Source: Chiloscyllium plagiosum
Taxonomy: Eukaryota
Length of the DNA: 64,000 nucleotides
Direction: 5' to 3'
Assembly: GCF_004010195.1 (NCBI RefSeq)
Contig: NC_057718.1
Location: 58,901,607 to 58,965,606, forward strand
Shown one piece after another: positions 1 through 11,587 of this stretch; the first letter of the stretch is position 1; each line of letters opens with the position of its first letter. A program made the translations under genes and the position numbers. Below the pieces are notes generated by a model. It worked only from the letters and a program-made list of their open reading frames with translations, did no database searches and was not told the DNA's origin.

Positions 1-465
1 TGGAGTGGGATGAAGGTGAGTCCTTTGCTGAGGACTGATCATTCGTCCTCAGTGAGGGGGATGTCCGGAGGGATGGTGAAAACTCGGCAGGCTGGGAGCT
101 GGTACCCGGTGTGGGTGTGGAGCTGGGAGTGGGGGCGGAGCCTGTAACTGGAATGGGTGTGGTGGTGGGGGGAATGGGGGTGGAGTCATGAGCAGGGATG
201 GTGTTCCCCTCAGGGATCTGGGGGGCCAGGGATGGTGACAGTGACAGTGGGATCTGTGGGGGGGGGGGGGGGGCGTGTCAGCAGAATGCAGGTGAGTGGC
301 ATTGGTGGGGGCGAAAGTGGTGGCAAACACGGCAGTGGGGAAGGTGGAAGTCACTGAGCGTGTGACATCAGCGATGATGCGAGGGGCAGAAGTGATGTCA
401 CATGTGGTGCATGAGGAATTGTGAGGGGCGGAAGTGGCTGTGGAAGCGGCCATGAGGGGGGCATG
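1..465 (-). mobile_element. Penelope-like element fragment, N-terminal ORF region, runs off the window
   Basis: Reverse complement of ~1-90 reads CRVFTIPPDIPLTEDE*SVLSKGLTFIPL, matching the PLE N-terminal LSKGLxFxP motif. It is preceded by a GC-rich Pro/Thr/Ala low-complexity stretch. Confidence 0.75.
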
Positions 466-575
466 CAATATTCTAAAAGTGGCTGAGCCAATGTCCTGTA
501 CAACCGCAGCAAGAACTCCCAACTCCTGTACTCAATACTCTGACCAATAAAGGAAAGCATACCAAACACCTTCTC
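466..575 (-). mobile_element. CR1 LINE ORF2 C-terminal fragment
   Basis: ORF 351..569 reads FGMLSFIGQSIEYRSWEFLLRLYRTLAQPLLEYC, the CR1 LYxxLVRPxLEYC motif. Confidence 0.85.
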
Positions 576-789
576 TCATAAGTAGGAACACTACCATTGT
601 TTCACAAGATCCCTTAGTTACTTTTTCGACAAGAATTTAATTGATACGATTGGTTCAGCAACAAATCGTGGCAGTAAAATATTCACAAATGATTTTCCTG
701 TTACATTTTTACTTTAATCCTTATTGATGGAACTTCAGTAGAACAATTTACACCGCAAAAGTTGACAAAAAAATCTCACATGGACTACA

Positions 790-1167
790 GCGGGAGTAGT
801 CAGCTCAAGGTGGCTGGCAATGAGAGCAGCAGCAGGTAACCCAAGGCAGTTGGCAGATGCAGGAACAGCCTGCAAGGAGGTGAGAACAGGCAGCCGGTGT
901 GGGGGCAGGGAAAGGCCGAGCCCTTGTGTGTCCAGCATGACTAGGTGCTTATGGACTGTGGTGTTGAACTGTTAACTGTGTTTCTTTGTTCTACTTTTTA
1001 GTGAGAAGGACTGTAATGTTGAACTTCTTAACTTTGTTTTCCTTATTTTTCTTCGTCACTACCATTCTGTACCGAGGTAACTTTGTACCTAAGATGGCAC
1101 TGTAAGTAGCAACCTGTGATCTTTTCATTGTACTCATCTGAGCACATGTGACAATAAATCTAATTCA
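790..1167 (+). mobile_element. Probable non-autonomous retroelement with a Rex1/Babar-like 3' tail
   Basis: Ends in TTTTCATTGTACTC...CACATGTGACAATAAATCTAATTCA, resembling the tail of the Rex1 copy at ~37125-37185 (CACTGT...GTACACATGACAATAAATTCA). No RT coding sequence. Confidence 0.45.
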
Positions 1168-2619
1168 GTATGTTTAGACAACAAGCACTTGCCAAATGCA
1201 AGATTTTTAATAGCACTAAGATACAATTCCTGCTTTCTTGAACGATCAAACTGCGAGTTTCGAAAACAATTGTAAATCACTTAAATCAAATGAGTGGAAC
1301 AACGCAGTCAATTGTAAAAATAACTTCCAGACATGAATTTTCAAATGAAACAGAAAACAGTGGAACTCTTGGGAGAAATTCTTCAGTTTGTTCCAGCTTG
1401 CATAACCAAAACATGACAACATTGCATGGCAGTGAATTAAATAGAGTGGAATGATGTGGATGATTGATGTGTCAAATAATGTCAAATGGCCACTGAATGA
1501 GAGGCATGTTTTTTTTTAAATTTTTATTCTTAATTCCTTCATGAGCACAATTTTCAGGCACTTATTTTTGTTTCAGAGAAAGCTGGATATTGATAAATAT
1601 TGACATCTCACTTTTGCCATGGCAATAAGGGAAATGCCATATTCGGAAAGTTTTTTTTTACAGAGAAGTTACATTTTATGTTTAAATTGTATGACCAAGG
1701 TGAATAATGTAAGAATATATTGTTTATTGAAATGACTTTCTTTTTTTTTCATTTTAGAAACTATGTTGAAGAGATAAAGCTCACAATTTGAAAAGAGAGA
1801 CAAATGAATTGGGAAAAATTGATTCAGTGCATATCTTTCAGCCTACTCCTGTTGATATTTCTTATGGTCTTCTTATGGAAACTGGAAAGACACTTTAATG
1901 TTTCAGTTACATGCTTGACACAACCTGAAGAAAATTACTCAGTCGAGAGCTGGAGGCTTCAAGGTGAAGTTTATCTCTTCCTAGGAGTTATTGGACTGAT
2001 TGAGAAGGCAATAAGTAGTGTGTGCATTACCCGAACAGGGAACAATTTGGAAAGAATATGCTGTGATTATTCACGATTAATCCTCCTGAAAAAGTTATTA
2101 GAGAAGACACTTCTTTTAACCCCCAAGCAAAGGAAACGATTGATGAAGTGCGCAAGAGGGAGCTACCAGCATATTGACTTTCCCAGCTGTTTGAAAAGTC
2201 ACAATGAAAGAACATTATACGGTTTGGCAGAACAGAGAACTGCTCTCCTAGGATTCTCATTTTCTTGAAAACAATATTAGTTGAAGATTACGCAGTTCTG
2301 AAGAACATATTTCACATGCCATTGATAACCTGATTCTGTAATACCATGTATTTTGCTTTGTGGAAATAAACCAAAATAAATCAGCCTTTATCTGTTGTGA
2401 ATTTACTTCCATTTACTGTCAGGCAACTATTGACATTACATGGAATGTTGAGACCACATGGTGGGATATCAACTTTACATCACTATGGTCATTAACAGGC
2501 AACTACACATGATAACAGAGGATATAGGAAATAGGACATCCAGCCCAATCAGCCCATGCCAATGGTATCTCTACTTGAGCTTCTGCCTATCTTTCTTCAT
2601 CAGGCAAAGCAGATTAACT

Positions 2620-3280
2620 CAGGACATAGTTAGGGATAGCATAGCAATTACAGAGATGTGGCTCAGGGATGGACATGACTGGTAGCTGAATGTTCCAAAT
2701 GCTATAGGAAGGATAGGGGGGGGGCGCAAGAGAGGTGGGGGAGTAGCGTTTTTGACAAGGGATAGCTTTATGGCTGTATTTAGGGATGGATATGCCTGGG
2801 AATACATCCAGAGAAGTTACTTGGGTGGAACTGAGAAATAGGAAAGGGATAATCACCTTATGAGATTGTATTATAGACCCACTAATAGTCAGTGGGAAAT
2901 TGATAAACATATTTGTAAGGTAATCTCAGTTATCTGTAAGAATAATAGGGTGGTTATGGTAGGGGATTTTAACTTTCCAAACATAGACTGGGTTTAGGGT
3001 TTAGATGGAGGGGAACCTGTTAAGTTTGTACAAGAAAATTTTCTGATTCAGTATGTGGATGTATCTAGTAGAAAAGGTGCAAAATGTGACCTACTCTCGG
3101 GAAATAAGGCAGGGCAGGTGACTGAGGTGTCAGTGGGGGAGCACTTTTCCTGGGGGTGGGGGAGTCCAGAACTAGACAGCATAGGTTTAGGGTGAGAGTG
3201 GAAAGATATAAAAGGGACCTAAGGGGCAATTTGTTCACATAGAGAGTGGTGCGTATATGGAATGATCTGCCAGAGGCACC
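2620..3280 (+). mobile_element. CR1 LINE: APE endonuclease fragment joined to a 3'-proximal fragment
   Basis: IAITEMWLRDGHDW, GGGVA, LYYRP and VMVGDFNFPNIDW motifs, then an abrupt jump near 3150 to GESRTRQHRFRV-type 3' sequence. Confidence 0.85.
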
Positions 3281-3445
3281 ACACTGCTGGACATCTCTTC
3301 TGATTATTGATGCCACACTGGGTGGCAACTTCAATCTGGGCTGACACGGTCTGCTTCTATGGTGTCCACTGAAGTTCCTGAGTCCCCCTCTCCACCACTC
3401 TAGGATCTCCAGGTCTCTGTCCACAAACCACAGTGCCAACATGTC
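3281..3445 (-). pseudogene. PIF/Harbinger Myb/SANT-like DNA-binding ORF remnant
   Basis: Minus-strand WFVDRDLEILE...SIIRRDVQQC resembles the RFxxxxLExL...RxxxQCxKK trihelix of Harbinger ORF1 proteins. Frameshifted. Confidence 0.5.
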
Positions 3446-3944
3446 TTTCTAAGCTGTTTCCTTTCGAATTGTGGCAGAACACACAAGGAAAGGCAGTTCT
3501 TGGTTTGCAGAGTGTGAGTTGGTGCACAGTTGGGGATTCAATATTGTGTCTGCAATGGCCGAAGGTCCCAGCAGCAGTGAGCACCTCTGTCTCTGCAACT
3601 GCATCATTCAATTAGGAGAGGGCCTTGGAGCCCAGGTATTTATTTAATAGGCTAAACAATGCGAGAAACATCACCTCGACCAAAAATAGGGTAACTCCCA
3701 AATGATTCCTAGCCAAAATATGGAATGATTCAACCCATTCTCATGAGGATCAACATTCACTTTTACTTATTATTACTTATAGAAGCACCTGCTGCATGTT
3801 TTCACATTTCTGGCTAACTTTTTCATGTGCTTTAATTTCTTCCTTTAGTTTAGTCATTATTGCAATCTAAACTGTATAATTTCATGACATCAGGACCTGC
3901 AGTTTAAAAATACCTCATTGGTTGTAAGTCGTTTTGGGATCTAA

Positions 3945-5330
3945 TTATCCTATCCGTGCCCCTCATGATTTTGTAAACCTCTATAAGGTCACCCCTCAGC
4001 CTCTGACACTCCAGGGAAAACAGCCCCAGCCTATTCAGCCTCTCCCGATAGCTCAAATCCTCCAACCCTGGAACATCCTTGTAAATCTTTTCTGAATCCT
4101 TTCAAGTTTCACAACATCCTCCAGATGGGAAGGAGCCCAGAAGTGCACACAATATTCCAAAACAGTGGCCTAACCAATATCCTGTACAGCAGCAACATGG
4201 CCTCCCAATGCCTATACTCAATGCTCTGACCAATAAAGGAAAGCATATCAAACACCTTAATCACTGTCCGAACTACCTGCGACTCTACTTTCAAGGAACA
4301 ATGAACCTGAGCTCCAAGGTCTCTAATCGTTCAGTAACACTCCCCAGGACCTTATCATTAAGTGTTAAAGTCCTACTCGGATTTGCTTTTCCAAAATGCA
4401 GCACCTCACATTCATCTAAATTAAACTCCATCTGCCATTACTCAGCCCATTGGCCCTTTGGATCAAGATTCTGTTGAGTTCTGAGGTAGCCTTCTTTGGT
4501 GTCCACTTCAGTTTTGATGTCATCTGCAAACTTACTAACTATACCTCCTATGTTCATATCCAAATCATTTATATAAATAATGAAAAGCAGTGGACCCAGC
4601 ACCAATCCTTGTGGCACTCCACTGGTCACAGGCCTCCAGTCTGAAAGGTAACCTTCCACCACCACCCTCTGTCTTCTACCTTTGAGCCAATTCTGTATCC
4701 AAATGATTAGTTCTCCCTGTATTCCATGAGATCTAACCTTGCTAACCAATCTCCCATAAGGAAACTTGTTGAATGCCTTACTTAAGTCCAGTTAGATCAC
4801 GTCTACCACTCTGTCCTTATCAATTCTCTTTGTACTTCTTCAATAAACTCAATCAAGTTTTATGAGACATAATTTCCCATGCACAAAGCCATGCAGACTA
4901 TCCCTAATCAGTCCTTGCCTTTCCAAATACATGTACACCCTGTCCCTCAGGATTCCCTCCAACAACTTGCCTATCACTGAGGTCAGGCTCACTGGTCTAT
5001 AGTTCCCTGGCCTGCCCTTACCACTCTTCTTAAACAGTGGCACCACGTTAGCCAATCTCCAGTCTTCTGGCACCTCACCTGTGACTATTGATGATACAAA
5101 TATCTCAGCAAGGGGCCCAGCAATCACTTCCCTAGCTTCCCACAGAGTTCTAGGGTACACCTGATCAGGTCCTGAGGATTTATCCACTTTTATGCATTTC
5201 AAGACATTCAGCAACTCCTCTTCTGTTAAATGGACATTTTTCAAAATGTCACCTTCTATGTCCCCAGATTCTACATTTTCCACGTCCTTCTCTACAGTAA
5301 ATACTGATGCAAAATACTCATTTAGTATGC
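3945..5330 (-). mobile_element. CR1 LINE ORF2 (RT) fragment
   Basis: ORFs 4849..5283, 4438..4749 and 4109..4294 contain KSSGPDQVYPR, GNYRPVSLTS, SGVPQGLVLGPLLF and KFADD. Confidence 0.95.
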
Positions 5331-5626
5331 TGCCTTGATGTAAAGGGCAATCCCTCTCTCCTCATTTCAGCCACATATTTGTTTGAATTTTGAATGCCTG
5401 GATCAATGTCATGAAACATCTATCACTGTAATTGATAATCTTAGTTTTCTCCCTATCCGATGAGCCCTTGCAAAGTTTGCAATACAGAGATGGCTATTGT
5501 TTGACCTAGATCAATAGGTGGGGCTGGCTCCATTAAGACCTCTTTTTGGTGGCACGACTGATGCAGCAGAGCTCAGAAGATAGCCTTCCAGTTCTCAATC
5601 ACACCCAGGAGATCTTTCTTGGAAAC

Positions 5627-6010
5627 GAAAAGTACTGGAGAAACTCAGCAGGTCTGGCAGCATCTGTGGAGAGAAAAACAGAATTAATGTTCCGAATCCA
5701 ATGACACTTCATTTGAACTGAAAGTGGCTGGGAAATGATGGTATTTACGATGATGATCGGGGAGGCAAGGTTGAGGGTGTGGGGTTGTGGGAAGGAGTGA
5801 GTCTAATAGGTGGAGACAGTGCCCAGAAATAGAGCTTGTTAAAAAAGAAAGGGAGATAAGGGGATTGCTAATGATAAACTGGGAGGGAAATAAATGCTGA
5901 GTGGGTGCTTTCAAAAAAGGCTCTCTGTGCTGGGAACAACCCATAGAGAACAGGAACTGGCCGTGGGATTTGTGTAACAATATGGAAGAAGGTGATCATA
6001 GGAAACTAAT
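5627..6010 (-). mobile_element. Penelope-like element 3' terminal region, decayed
   Basis: CTGGAGAAACTCAGCAGGTCTGGCAGCATCTGTGGAGAG terminal motif followed by a decayed hammerhead-like core at ~5684-5720 on the minus strand. Confidence 0.6.
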
Positions 6011-6476
6011 TTCAAAGTGTGAACACTTCCTCTGTCCTGTTCTGTAAGGGTTGCAATAGCACAGCCAACCCATTTTCAACTATTCACACTTATTGTTGAC
6101 ACCCATTCAACATTTTTCTCTCTCCAGCCTTATTAACAGGGATAGTTTCTTCAGCACTTTTAGTTTTTTAATTTAGATCTCCAGCACTGACAGTTCTTTT
6201 TAATCTTTATTTGAAAGGTATCTTTCTCCGACCTGAAGTCCTGCCTTCCTTCCAGTTGATTACGGGCAATGTTTGGTTGGTCATAACACTGCTCAAATGT
6301 AATCAAGCTCTTCATGTGATGTGATTCCATGTATTGAAGCAAATTCAGGATGAAAAATAAATGAGTGGGGCATGCCTGCTTGTTCCCAGGAACAGCACTT
6401 TCAAACAGATGCCTGGAAATCTTTTGGAAGCTGAGCAGCTTGAGTCACATGGGTTTCAGAACCTTGCGGACAACGT

Positions 6477-6880
6477 AGAGTCCTAGAGTCAAATGGTGTG
6501 GAAACAGACCCTTTGGTACAATCAGTCTACGCTGACCATAATCCCAAAATAAACTAGTCCCACCTGCCTGTGCTTGGCCCAACATCTCTTCAAACATTTT
6601 TTATTCATGAATGTACCTTTTTTTAAAACATTGTAACTGCATCTACCACTTTCTCTCTCAGTTCAATTCACACATGATCCACTCTCTGTGTAAAACAGTT
6701 GTGTGTCCCCAGCCCATATCCTTTATAAACCTTTCTCCTCTCACCTTAAAAATATGCCCTGTAATCTTGAAATCCCCAACCCTAGGGAAAATACCTTTGT
6801 CTTTCACCTTATCTGTGCCCCTGATGATTTCATAAAGTTTCAATAAGGTCACCCCTCAACCTCCTTTGCTCCAGTGAAAT
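6477..6880 (-). mobile_element. CR1 LINE 3' end
   Basis: ORF 6658..6852 (YEIIRGTDKV...ITGHIFKVRGERF) plus the CR1 tail. Confidence 0.85.
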
Positions 6881-7567
6881 CTGGAACTGTATATACCCAG
6901 AAAACTTTGATTATCCCTCTACAGGCTAATGGTGGATATTTTAATATCAAAATGAAGATGCAATGGTGATGTAAATCACAGCAAGTCGCTGTTCTGAGCA
7001 TCTGAATTTGATCACAAATCTCTGGCCTGCAGCAGTCTAATCCTTAATGTTAGAAAAAGTGAAAAAAGCAGCAATCACCTCTGCTGGACTTCATGATGCT
7101 TCTAAAATGATGCAATTATACTACAACCAACATGAAGTCAAACATCCAGAAGACTGCCTGGTAATGATTTCAAATCTCTAGCCATAGGAAATTCTGAATA
7201 CTGACCTACCTACTGAGTTACACCACTAATCACAAAACTATTTCTCAAAAACCTGAGCATGGCATAAGAGTGACCTTAATTACTTCAAATTGATCAGATA
7301 GAGTTCAATAATGGTGAAAAAAGCATGTCAGTTTAGATTTGGGTGACTCCAGCATAGTATATTATTTGGTTAATATCATCAAAGTTGAGATGTGCTAAGT
7401 CAATGCATTGCAAATTTGATAATAATGAGCAAAATAGAGAAACAAATAATGTAAATAGGCTATACCATGAATTAACGTTATTTATCTTAGCCTGATATAT
7501 TAAAAAATGATGTCCTGTGAATTCTGCGCAATTCTCAAAGGGGGAACACTCTGCTTAACAGAGCTCA

Positions 7568-7586
7568 CAGTGCCCCCTAGTGTCGG
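7568..7586 (-). promoter_or_regulatory. Candidate CTCF binding site
   Basis: Minus strand CCGACACTAGGGGGCACTG closely matches the vertebrate CTCF core CCACYAGGGGGCRCT. It lies in apparently non-repetitive AT-rich DNA. Confidence 0.5.
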
Positions 7587-7929
7587 TAAAGAAAAAATAT
7601 CGACTGTGCTTCCACACACAGGCTGCTAAAATAAATACGTTTTGAAAAAATATAACAATGGAATTTCTCAAATACAATATGAAAAATAATAAAATGATAA
7701 ATTGCTACTTGCTTTCATCCAGGAATGCTGAACAGCACTTTTAAAGAATCCCCAGAAATCTTCTATAGGTTGAGCTGCTTGTATTACACAGGTTTTAAAT
7801 CATTCCTTGCAGCAGTGAATATGAAATATATATGCCCAAAAAACTTTGATTTGTCTCCCCCTAGAGATTAGTGGCAGATATACATGTGAAGAAAATCGTC
7901 AAGGTCGAACATGGATTATGCCCTCAGTC

Positions 7930-8731
7930 TGAGTATGCTTTTATATTGGTCCTATTTTGAATTATTTCTTGAATTGTATAATATTTTGCTTTATTACTAT
8001 TAAATGTTTAATTAGCATCTGTTTAATAATTTACTATAAGTTATATGCAGTTGTAGTTGAGGAACGAATATCAATATTAAGTTAGTGAGCAAGCAGTAGA
8101 GGTCAATTAATTTTTGCAAGCAGTATTTTCTATCACAAAGGGCTGATTGCAGACAATTTACTCATTATACAGTATGAATTTTCCATATTTATGAGTTATC
8201 TACATTAGCCAGTTATGTTTCGGAAATTAAGAACTATATTTGGCGTAAAATGAGAAAAACCAAAGAACTGCTGGAAATAAAAACAAACACAAAAACTGCT
8301 GGAGAAACTCAGCAGGTCTGGTAACTTTTTTATATATATAGAATTCCTACAGTGTGGAAACAGGCTCTTTAGCCCAACAAGTCCACACCGACCCTCTGAA
8401 GAGCAATCCACCCAGGCCCATTCCCTTACATTTTACCCCTGACTAATGCACCTAACCTACACATCCCTGTATAGATAACTCAAAAATATGGAAAATTTAT
8501 ACTGTATAAGGAGTAAATTGTCTACAGCCAGCCCTTTGTGATAGAAAATACTGCTTGGAAAAAATAATTGACCTCTGTTGCTCCTCACTAACTTAATATT
8601 GATATTGGTTCCTCAACTACAACTGTATATAACTTATACTAAAGTATTAAACAGGTGCGAATTAAAAGTTCAATAGTAATAAAGCAAAATATTATACAAT
8701 TCATAATAGGACCAATATAAAAGCATATTCA
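7930..8731. repeat. Local inverted duplication (7930-8204 vs 8470-8731)
   Basis: The two ~265-bp segments are reverse complements, about 90% identical by eye. Confidence 0.95.
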
Positions 8732-9012
8732 TCCCTGAACACAATGGGCAATTTAGCATGGCCAATTCACCTAACTCACACAAACACAGGGAGAATGTCA
8801 CGTGAGGTTGGAATCAAACCCAGGTCTGTAGTGCTGTGAGACAGCAGCAATAACCATTGAGCCACTGTGCCACCATCTGTAGAGAGAGAGCAGAATTAAC
8901 ATTTTGGGTCATGAAATCTCTGTTCTGAAGAAGGGTCACTGGAACAATAACTCTGTTTTCTCTCCACAGATGTTGCCAGACCTGCTGAGCTTCTCCAGCA
9001 ATTTCTGTTTTG
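8255..9012. mobile_element. Fold-back pair of Penelope-terminal units interrupted by an HE1 SINE
   Basis: Left arm CTGCTGGAGAAACTCAGCAGGTCTGGTAAC (~8296-8325) resumes as ATCTGTAGAGAG at 8875. The inverted right arm ~8924-9012 starts TCTGAAGAAGGGTC and ends CCAGACCTGCTGAGCTTCTCCAGCA. Confidence 0.75.
8340..8874 (-). mobile_element. HE1-type V-SINE, interrupted by an inverted copy of flanking DNA
   Basis: Reverse complement matches the SINE at 10648-10996 (GGTGGCACAGTGGCTC...AAATTGCCC...CR1-like tail). Confidence 0.85.
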
Positions 9013-9199
9013 ATATTATATGTGCCATATTTGATTTGTGGTTTGTTCACATGTAAGCTGCTTTTAGAATACTCTATACACTAGAAAATTAGCATTGGAT
9101 CGGTTACATAAAAAATACTGTTTACTAATGACATATGTTATTCTGAATTCTTGGTAGTACAGAACATAAACAGTTTGAATTTCAGTTTGAATATTTGAA

Positions 9200-10060
9200 T
9201 CCACAACTGCATCAAATAATTTCTCTACGCATCTTAAAAAATCCAGGCTGCACTCACATTTATCATTGAAATGGACCAAACACATGAACTCATTTTCCTC
9301 AATGTATTTATTAATAAATCTGACAAGGGGTCTGTGCTACTATTGACCACGAGCTTATGGTTCCTGGTGAATGTATATGTTGAGATGCCCATGCACCACC
9401 AGACCTAACTTATTAGCAACTTCATGAATGAGGCCCTACACATTGCATCATGTGTCAGTTTGATATTGGAGACACATCAAAATGATCCTGCATGATGCTG
9501 GCTACCCTGATGAAATCCTCACTCACTATGTATTGTCTAACCTTATGCAAAGGCCAATAGCTACCACTTTGGATCCTGAACAGTTTCAAGTCTACACCAG
9601 ATTATTCTGGAAGAGAAGGGGCTACAATCGTTTGGTAAAGATAGATGTTTCATGTTACTGTTTTGCAGTAAGCACACAAGTGCTATTTTCCATTACAATA
9701 TGCTGCCATAAAGCAAAACTACAATTTATATATCAGCTAATTGGGAAATGTTATGGGTTTCGTTGCTGGCGTTTAGGCTTATGTGTCCCAAGAATTGGTT
9801 GACAGGATAAAACAACATGTCCCTTTGATTGTCCACAGTAGGCAGTGTGCCAACCATGTTCAACCAGTTCATGGTTTTAAAAGTTTGCACGCTATTCTCA
9901 ACACTAGATGTGATTCGGCTATGGACATTTACGAAATAATCCCAACTGTGCTAACAATTATGTCAGAAACCAACTTTAGTTGATCAGTCAGGCTTGCAAT
10001 TCGTACATGCTGGAAACTATATTTATTCGCACACAACTTTCCATATATTGCACCTTTTCA
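9200..10060 (+). mobile_element. Old Penelope-like element fragment (RT thumb to GIY-YIG)
   Basis: Remnants FIIEMDQTHELIFLNV, ILHDAGYPDEIL, SQELVDRIKQHVP and RCDSA match PLE FTxExE..LPFLD, LxxNGYP, RLxxRIxEH and SAI motifs. Multiple frameshifts. Confidence 0.75.
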
Positions 10061-10296
10061 ATGAGGAAATGTTGATGGAGACTCCATTCCACATGACGAC
10101 ATCCTGACCAATGCAAGTCTGCCTGCTTGGTCTACGACTAATAAACTAACTAAGGTTAAAGTACTTACAGTTTTTGCTGCATGTCCATGCCCTGTAACAT
10201 TTAATTTCTGATCAATCAAACAGCAATTGTTTACTGCATGATCCTTCCATTATATTTTATTCAATTATTAATATGTAAATGTGACCAAATTGGTGA

Positions 10297-10465
10297 GTCA
10301 TACAGTCATAGAGTTATAGAGACATACAGCATGGAAACAGACCCTTTGGTCCAACTCACCCATGCTGACCAGATATCCTAAATAAATGTAGCCCCATTTG
10401 CCAGCATTTGGTCCTTATCCCTCTTAAACCCTTCCTATTCATTTACCTATCCGGGTGCCTTTTAA
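10297..10465 (-). mobile_element. CR1 3' tail
   Basis: (GTCATAGA)n tail followed by CAGCATGGAAACAGACCCTTTGGTCCAAC. Confidence 0.8.
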
Positions 10466-10647
10466 GTGGTATGATTTCACAACATCCTTCCTATAGCAGG
10501 GAGACCAGAATTGCAAGGAAAATCAATTTTTGCTTTGCATTGAACGGATATGAGGGAATCGCTGAGACATTGAACAGATATTTTGTGTTGGGCTTCCCAG
10601 TGGAAGACATGAATAACATACCAGTTATTTTCTTTTGGTCATTTAAA

Positions 10648-10996
10648 GGGGTGGCATTGTGGCTCAGTAGTTAGCACTGCTGCCTCACAGTGCCAGGGAC
10701 CCAGGTTTGATTCCAGCTTCGGGTGACTGTCTGTGTGGTGTTTGCACATTCTCCCTGTCTCTGCGTGGGTTTCCTCTGGGTGCTCCGGTTTCCTCCCACA
10801 ATCCAAAGATGTGCAGATCAGGTGGATTGGCCATGCTGAATTGCCCATAATGTTCAGGGATGTGTAGGTTAGGTACATTAGTCAGGGGAAATGTAAAGCA
10901 AAAGGATAGGGTTTTGGGTGGAATACTCTTTGGAGGGCCGTGTGGACTTGTTGGGCCAAATGGCCTGATTCCACACTGTAGGGATTCTATGATTCT
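10648..10996 (+). mobile_element. HE1-type V-SINE, full length
   Basis: tRNA-like head with A/B boxes (GGCTCAGTAGTTAG; GGTTTGATTCC), V-domain GTTTGCACATTCTCCC...GGTTTCCTCCCACA, and CR1-like tail GATTCTATGATTCTA. Confidence 0.92.
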
Positions 10997-11587
10997 AATT
11001 GACAAGGAAGCTAAGGTAGGTGAGGACCTAGAAATGATGATTATCACAAAAGAGGTAGTGTTGGACATGCTAATGGAGTTAAAGGTAGACAAGCCTACTG
11101 GCCCTGATAGAGTGAATCCCAGGGTACTGAAAAATAAATGTGGGAGAAATAGCAAATGTGCTTGTGGCAATTTAAAAAAGAATTGCTGGAGTCTGGGGGC
11201 AGTTTCAGCAGATTGGAGAATAGTAAATGTAACACGACTGTTTTAAAAAAGGAGGCAGGCAAAAGTTGGGGAATTATAGGCCGGCTAGCTTAACTTCTGT
11301 CCTCCAGAAAATGTTTGATTTTATCATCAAGGAAGAAATAGGAAGACATGTAGAGAAAAGTTGTTCCATTGGACAGATGCAGCATGGTTTCATGAAATGC
11401 AGGTCATCTTTAACTAATTTACTGGTATTCTATGAAAACATTATGAGCGCTGTGGACACTGGGGACCCAGTAAAAGTAATGTATCTAGATTTCCAAAAGG
11501 CATTTGACAAGGTGCTACACAAAAGACTGTTGCACAAGATAAAGATGCAAGGTGTTACGGGTAACGTATGGAGAGAGGATTTGTTAA

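Noticed and set aside
49..522. Proline-rich ORFs (also 55898..56272 and 62230..62478)
   Set aside because: Products of C-rich low-complexity or repeat DNA that lacks stop codons by composition.
10648..10725. tRNA gene (also 49471-49525 and 59330-59416)
   Set aside because: A/B boxes are present, but there is no complete cloverleaf and each continues into SINE sequence.
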